A stretch of DNA of 32,000 nt from Alkalilimnicola ehrlichii MLHE-1 (GTDB lineage: Bacteria; Pseudomonadota; Gammaproteobacteria; Nitrococcales; Halorhodospiraceae): assembly GCF_000014785.1 (NCBI RefSeq), contig NC_008340.1, positions 780,001 through 812,000 of the forward strand, in the 5' to 3' direction. The notes beneath the pieces are model-generated. The model made no database searches, was not told the origin of the DNA, and worked only from the letters and a program-made list of their open reading frames with translations. Positions 26,085-32,000 of this stretch are shown piece after piece. The translations under genes and the position numbers were made by a program. The stretch's first letter is position 1; the number at the start of each line of letters is the position of its first letter.

Positions 26085-26229
26085 GCGGTGCTGCACCAGT
26101 TCGATCACGGGACAGGGAAAGGGTCTGCGACGGGCCTGCAAGGTGTGATCTCCTCTATCGCCTGGATAGGAATTGGAATAACTCAAAGAGTACCAATCTG
26201 GTCCGGTATCCGTTACAATCCAGACCATC

Positions 26230-26691
26230 ATGGTACGGATTAACAGAGAAACCGACTACGGCATAGGCATCCTGACGGCCATGGCGCGGGCGCCGGAGCA
26301 GCGTTTCAGCACCGTCCGCCTCGCTGATCAGCAGGGCCTGCCGCAGCCTATGGTGGCCAAGATCCTCAAGAATCTGGCCCGCGCGGGGATTCTCGTCTCC
26401 TACCGTGGCGCCAAGGGCGGCTATGGGCTGGCGCGTCCCGCCCGTCAGATCTCGGTGGCCGAGATCATTACCGCCCTTGAGGGGCCCATTGCCTTCACCG
26501 AGTGTGTGGAGGAGGGCGTGGATGCCTGCCAGTACGGCGATGCCTGCACCACCAGTGCCAACTGGTGGCGGATCAGCCAGGTGGTGCAGCATGCCCTGGG
26601 CAGCATCAGCCTGAAGGACATGAGCGAGCCGGTGGTGCCGTTGCGCATGATGGCGCCCCGGGCCGGCTCCCTCAAGGGGGATGCTTCGTGA
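26230..26691 (+). CDS. Rrf2-family Fe-S-binding transcriptional regulator of the SUF operon (IscR/SufR-like)
   Basis: 153 aa. It has an N-terminal winged HTH (INRETDYGIGILTAMA ... LPQPMVAKILKNLARAGILVSYRGAKGGYGLAR) and the Cys triad C-x7-C-x5-C (TECVEEGVDACQYGDAC). It lies immediately upstream of sufBCDS, as in the Xanthomonas-type suf regulator. Confidence 0.85.
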   Translation: MVRINRETDYGIGILTAMARAPEQRFSTVRLADQQGLPQPMVAKILKNLARAGILVSYRGAKGGYGLARPARQISVAEIITALEGPIAFTECVEEGVDACQYGDACTTSANWWRISQVVQHALGSISLKDMSEPVVPLRMMAPRAGSLKGDAS

Positions 26692-26766
26692 GCCGGTGCC
26701 CGGCGCCCGCTCACCAAGCATGTCCCCAGAAAACCAATCGTTCATCAACTGAACGGAGCAGCAGCC

Positions 26767-28215
<1,449 letters not shown>

Positions 28216-28272
28216 ACGCGCCTTTGGCGATCAGTTGGACGAACACTCAAGAGATACGAAACGGAGTACGAG

Positions 28273-29022
28273 ATGCTGAAGATCAGAAACCTGCATGCCC
28301 GGGTGGAAGACACCGAGATCCTCAAGGGCGTGAACCTGGAGATCGGCGAGGGCGAGGTGCACGCCATCATGGGCCCGAACGGCTCGGGCAAGAGCACCCT
28401 GTCCAAGGTCCTGGCCGGTGACGAGAACTACGAGGTCACCGCCGGCGAGGTTCTGTTCCGCGGCAAGGACCTGCTGGAGCTGGAGCCGGAAGAGCGCGCC
28501 GGCGAGGGTGTCTTCCTCGGCTTCCAGTACCCGGTGGAAGTGCCTGGCGTCTCCAACGTCTACTTCCTCAAGACCGCCATCAACTCCGTGCGCAAGTACC
28601 GTGGCGAGCCGGAGCTGTCCGCCATCGAGGTGCTGCGTCACATCAAGGACGCTGCCAAGATGGTGAAGATGGGCGATGAGCTGGTGAACCGCCCGGTCAA
28701 CGAAGGCTTCTCCGGCGGTGAGAAAAAGCGCAACGAGATCTTCCAGATGGCCGCTCTGGCCCCGCACATGGCGATCCTGGACGAGACCGATTCCGGGCTG
28801 GATATCGACGCCCTGCGCATCGTCTCGGAGGGCGTCAATAGCATGCGCCATCCGCACCGCTCCTTCCTGCTGATCACCCACTATCAGCGGCTGCTGAACT
28901 ACATCAAGCCCGACCATGTGCATGTGATGCTGGACGGCAAGATCGTTAAGTCCGGCGATTACACCCTGGCCCTGGAGCTGGAGGAGTCCGGCTACGCCCT
29001 GTTCGGTGAAAACGCGGCCTGA
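28273..29022 (+). CDS. sufC: Fe-S cluster assembly ATPase SufC
   Basis: 249 aa. MLKIRNLHARVEDTEILKGVNLEI, Walker A GPNGSGKST, ABC signature FSGGEKKR, and Walker B ILDETDSGLD. Confidence 0.96.
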   Translation: MLKIRNLHARVEDTEILKGVNLEIGEGEVHAIMGPNGSGKSTLSKVLAGDENYEVTAGEVLFRGKDLLELEPEERAGEGVFLGFQYPVEVPGVSNVYFLKTAINSVRKYRGEPELSAIEVLRHIKDAAKMVKMGDELVNRPVNEGFSGGEKKRNEIFQMAALAPHMAILDETDSGLDIDALRIVSEGVNSMRHPHRSFLLITHYQRLLNYIKPDHVHVMLDGKIVKSGDYTLALELEESGYALFGENAA

Positions 29023-29032
29023 GGAGGAGCGA

Positions 29033-30358
29033 ATGGAAGCCTTGGCAGAGAAACACAGCATCTACCTGGAGGACTTCCGCCAGCGGCCCGCCGATCAGCA
29101 GGGTCCGGACTGGCTGGAGGCCCGCCGCCAGGCGGCCATCGAGGCCTTCGAGCGTATGGGGTTCCCCACCCGGCGCTGGGAGGCGTGGCGGAACATCAAG
29201 CTGGACGCGCTGCTGCAGCACCACTACCGTCCGGCCGAGACCCTGGGTGTGGCGCCGCAGGTGTTGCAGGAGGCCATCTCTGTGGCCCCCGATGCGCCGC
29301 GCCTGGTGTTCATCGACGGCGTGTTCAGCCCGCAGCACTCCACCCCGGACGCGCTGCCCGAGGGCCTGACCGTCAAGCCGCTGTCCGAGGCCTTGGACGA
29401 GGCCGATGTACAGCAGCACCTGGCCGCCCACGCGGACTATGAGCAGCATCCGTTCATCGCCCTCAACACCGCCTTCGCCCGGCAGGGGGTCTATGTGCAC
29501 GTCCCGCGGGGCCAGGCGGTGGAGCAGGAGGTGCTGTTCATCTTTGCCTGCTCGGACGCCGGTGCCGATCGGGCCTCCTGGCCACGGGTGTTGGTGCACG
29601 CCGAGGAGAGCGCCGAGTGCCGCCTGATCGAGTGGCACGGTGGTCCGGACGGCAGTGCCTACCTGGCCAGCCCGGTCACCGAGATCATCGCCGAGGCCAA
29701 CGCTAACGTGCGGCTGGACCGGCTGCAGCGGGAGGGCGCCGATGCCTTCCACCTGGGGGCGGTCCATGCCGAGGCGGATCGCGATGCCCGGGTGCATGTG
29801 CAGAACTTCAATTTCGGCGGCCGGATCAGCCGGGTGGACTACTACGGCCTGCTCAAGGGCACCGCCGCCGAGGTGATCATCAACGGTCTCTACCTGGGCG
29901 ACCGCAAGCGCTTCACCGATCAGCACACCTGGATGACCCACGACTGCGAACATGGTCACAGCAGCCAGCTGTTCAAGGGCATCCTCAAGGATAAGGCCGA
30001 GGCGGTGTTCGACGGCCTGCTCAAGGTGGAGGAGGGCGCCCAGAAGACCGACGGCTTCCAGGAGAATCGCAACCTGATCCTGAGCCCGATGGCGCTGGCC
30101 CACTCCAACCCGCGCCTGGAGATCTACGCCGACGACGTCAAGTGCTCCCACGGCTCCACCGTGGGCGAGCTGGACAAGGAGGCGGTCTTCTACCTGCGCA
30201 GCCGCGGCATGGACCAGGACAGCGCTCAGGCCCTGCTCACTTGGGCCTTTGCCAATGAGGTGCTCAGCGAGGTCAGGCTTGATAGCCTGAAGACCTATCA
30301 GCAACGCCTGCTGGGCGGCTTCCTGCCGGGGCAGGCCGACTTCGAGGGGCTTGTATGA
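29033..30358 (+). CDS. sufD: Fe-S cluster assembly protein SufD
   Basis: Track ORF 29006..30358 trimmed to the ATG at 29033 (GAGGAGGAG SD; the upstream part overlaps sufC). The C-terminal SufBD domain reads NRNLILSPMALAHSNPRLEIYADDVKCSHGSTVGELDKEAVFYLRSRGM. Confidence 0.9.
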   Translation: MEALAEKHSIYLEDFRQRPADQQGPDWLEARRQAAIEAFERMGFPTRRWEAWRNIKLDALLQHHYRPAETLGVAPQVLQEAISVAPDAPRLVFIDGVFSPQHSTPDALPEGLTVKPLSEALDEADVQQHLAAHADYEQHPFIALNTAFARQGVYVHVPRGQAVEQEVLFIFACSDAGADRASWPRVLVHAEESAECRLIEWHGGPDGSAYLASPVTEIIAEANANVRLDRLQREGADAFHLGAVHAEADRDARVHVQNFNFGGRISRVDYYGLLKGTAAEVIINGLYLGDRKRFTDQHTWMTHDCEHGHSSQLFKGILKDKAEAVFDGLLKVEEGAQKTDGFQENRNLILSPMALAHSNPRLEIYADDVKCSHGSTVGELDKEAVFYLRSRGMDQDSAQALLTWAFANEVLSEVRLDSLKTYQQRLLGGFLPGQADFEGLV

Positions 30359-31620
30359 GCACGGTTGAACCGGTTCGCGACCGGGAACGGGCCGGGCCGC
30401 CGCTGGACGTGGCGGCCCTGCGCGCCCAGTTCCCCGTCCTGCACCAACAGGTGAACGGCTACCCGCTGGTCTACCTGGACAATGCCGCCAGCTGCCAGAA
30501 GCCGGAGGCGGTGATCGAGGCCGAGGCGGCGTGTTATCGCGAGTACTACGCCAACATCCACCGTGGGGTGCACGCCCTCTCCCAGCGCTGCACCACCGCC
30601 TTCGAGGGGGCCCGCGAGAAGGTGCAGCGGTTCCTGAACGCCGAGCGCGACGGGGAGATCGTCTTCCTGCGCGGCACCACCGAGGCCATCAATTTGGTGG
30701 CCCACAGCTACGTGGAGCCCCTGTTGCAGCCAGGCGATGAGATCCTCATCAGCTACCTGGAGCACCACTCCAACATCGTCCCCTGGCAGATGGTCTGCGA
30801 GCGCACCGGGGCGGAGCTGCGGGTCATCCCGGTACAGGATAACGGCGAACTGGACCTGGAGGCCTTCCAGGCCCTGCTCAGTGATCGGACCCGCTTCCTC
30901 TCCGTGGGGCACGTCTCCAATGCCCTGGGCACGGTGAACCCGGTGCGCTGGATGATTGAGCAGGCCCACGCCCGGGACATCCCCGTGCTGCTGGACGGCG
31001 CCCAGGCGGTGCCTCATGGCCCGGTGGATGTGCGCGAGCTGGACTGCGACTTCTACGCCTTCTCCGGGCACAAGCTCTATGGGCCGACCGGGGTGGGGGT
31101 GCTCTACGGGCGCCACGACCTGCTCAAGGGCATGCGGCCCTGGCAGGGCGGTGGCGACATGATCCGCACCGTCAGCTTCGAGAAGACCCTCTACGCCGAA
31201 CCGCCTGCCCGCTTCGAGGCAGGTACGCCCAACATCGCCGGCGCCATCGCCCTGGGCGCGGCGGTGGACTGGGTGCAGGCGGTGGGCCTGGAGGCCATCG
31301 CCGCCCATGAGGCCCGCCTGTTGGATTACGCCACCGAGCGGCTGGGTGCGTTGGAGGGGGTGCGGCTACTGGGCACGGCCCCGGACAAGGCGGCGGTGCT
31401 CTCCTTCGTGATGGACGAGGCCCACCCCCACGATATCGGCACCATCCTCGACCAACAGGGGGTCGCCATCCGCACCGGGCACCACTGTGCCGAGCCGGTG
31501 ATGAAACGCTTCAACGTGCCGGCCACCGCCCGCGCCTCCTTCGCGGCCTACAACACCGAGGCCGAGGTGGATGCGCTGGTGGAGGGCGTTGAGAAGGTGC
31601 GCGAACTGTTCGGCGGCTGA
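30355..31620 (+). CDS. sufS: cysteine desulfurase SufS (class V aminotransferase, group II)
   Basis: 421 aa. The ATG overlaps the sufD stop (ATGA). YLDNAASCQKP, the PLP-Lys region FSGHKLYGPTGVGVLYG, and the active-site Cys loop RTGHHCAEP. Confidence 0.96.
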   Translation: MSTVEPVRDRERAGPPLDVAALRAQFPVLHQQVNGYPLVYLDNAASCQKPEAVIEAEAACYREYYANIHRGVHALSQRCTTAFEGAREKVQRFLNAERDGEIVFLRGTTEAINLVAHSYVEPLLQPGDEILISYLEHHSNIVPWQMVCERTGAELRVIPVQDNGELDLEAFQALLSDRTRFLSVGHVSNALGTVNPVRWMIEQAHARDIPVLLDGAQAVPHGPVDVRELDCDFYAFSGHKLYGPTGVGVLYGRHDLLKGMRPWQGGGDMIRTVSFEKTLYAEPPARFEAGTPNIAGAIALGAAVDWVQAVGLEAIAAHEARLLDYATERLGALEGVRLLGTAPDKAAVLSFVMDEAHPHDIGTILDQQGVAIRTGHHCAEPVMKRFNVPATARASFAAYNTEAEVDALVEGVEKVRELFGG

Positions 31621-31753
31621 GCCGCCGCGCCATTTGCCGGCGGTGTCCGTCGCCGGCGCCCTTCTCAGGCAGCCGGCGGCCATGGACTGTCTTCCCGGGC
31701 CGCTTTCCTGTCCGCGGTGTGCCCCGCCAGGTGGCCGCTGGCCGCCGCCGGCT

Positions 31754-31762
31754 TGGTATACT
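31754..31762 (+). promoter_or_regulatory. extended -10 promoter candidate upstream of sufU
   Basis: TGGTATACT (TGn + TATACT) lies 26 nt upstream of the sufU ATG, inside a 167-nt sufS-sufU spacer. No convincing -35. Confidence 0.25.
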
Positions 31763-31787
31763 CACCGCATTTATCACCGGGGAGACC

Positions 31788-32000
31788 ATGTCCAAGCTCA
31801 GCGACCTCTACCGCAAGATCGTCCTCGCCCACAACCGTCAGCCCCGCAATCATCACCCGCTGGAGCCCTGCAGCCACCATGCGGAGGGGTACAACCCGGT
31901 GTGCGGCGATCATATCCAGGTGTATCTGCGGCTGGACGAGGCCGGACGGGTGGCGGCGGCGAGCTTTACCGGTGAGGCCTGCGCCATCTGCACGGCGTCC
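31788..32000 (+). CDS. sufU: SUF-system NifU-family Fe-S scaffold/sulfur acceptor SufU; 3' end beyond the right edge (71 codons in window)
   Basis: Absent from the track (no stop in window). Hand translation gives MSKLSDLYRKIVLAHNRQPRNHHPLEPCSHHAEGYNPVCGDHIQVYLRLDEAGRVAAASFTGEACAICTAS. This parallels B. subtilis SufU (..LYRQVIMDHYKNPRN..NPTCGDRI...F.GEGCSISMAS). A GGGGAG SD is present. Confidence 0.85.
   Translation, partial: MSKLSDLYRKIVLAHNRQPRNHHPLEPCSHHAEGYNPVCGDHIQVYLRLDEAGRVAAASFTGEACAICTAS

Noticed and set aside
26161-26229. IscR type-1 operator (ATASYYGACTRWWWYAGTCRRSTAT) in the suf regulator promoter
   Set aside because: The best candidate (reverse complement around 26180-26210) matches too few consensus positions. 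Only a weak ATTGG-N16-CCAAT symmetry is present.
26085-26231. N-terminal 49 codons of the 105-aa minus-strand ORF 25914..26231
   Set aside because: This part uses many A/T-ending codons (att, gta, gat, tct, agt, tat, aat, aga), unlike every confident gene here. It would also abut the divergent regulator ATG and leave no promoter space. The ORF was shortened to the internal ATG at 26084.

Overview
GC-rich proteobacterial chromosome segment (about two-thirds G+C by eye). The strongly acidic proteins and the Pseudomonas-type flagellar gene order suggest a halophilic gammaproteobacterium; that assignment is inference only. Left to right: (1) A partial TPR + GT41 (OGT-like) glycosyltransferase, divergent from the flagellin gene. 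(2) A flagellar locus syntenic with Pseudomonas fliC-flaG-fliD-fliS-fliT-fleQ-(fleS)-fleR-fliEFGHIJ. It differs by having flaG duplicated, no fleS kinase gene, and fliK appended. (3) Housekeeping genes htpX, an EamA/DMT transporter, bolA-yciI (minus strand), yciO, and trpS-scpA-scpB. (4) A small minus-strand ORF, then a SUF Fe-S assembly operon: Rrf2 regulator, sufB, sufC, sufD, sufS, and the start of sufU. Several neighbouring genes have overlapping stop/start codons: fliF/fliG, fliH/fliI ATGAGTGA, yciI/bolA GTGA, trpS/scpA GTGA, sufD/sufS ATGA. Hand-matched promoter motifs suggest three sigma28 sites (fliC, flaG2, fliS) and three sigma54 sites (fliD, fleR-like, fliK). The most unusual content is non-coding. 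One modular family of GC-rich, hairpin-forming repeats fills five intergenic blocks, about 2.1 kb in total. Units are 90-94 bp and carry the boxes GTCACTGCGAGG / GTCATCGCGAGG. One block is a nearly perfect 90-bp x ~5 tandem array. Four of the five blocks sit at flagellar transcription-unit boundaries. Sequence variation in the family preserves the stems (a compensated 2-nt indel and loop-only substitutions). A separate ~200-280 bp long palindrome with 39-bp arms lies upstream of trpS. I found no CRISPR array, tRNA/rRNA gene, transposase or recognisable defence genes. The many long antisense ORFs in the track look like GC-driven shadow ORFs.
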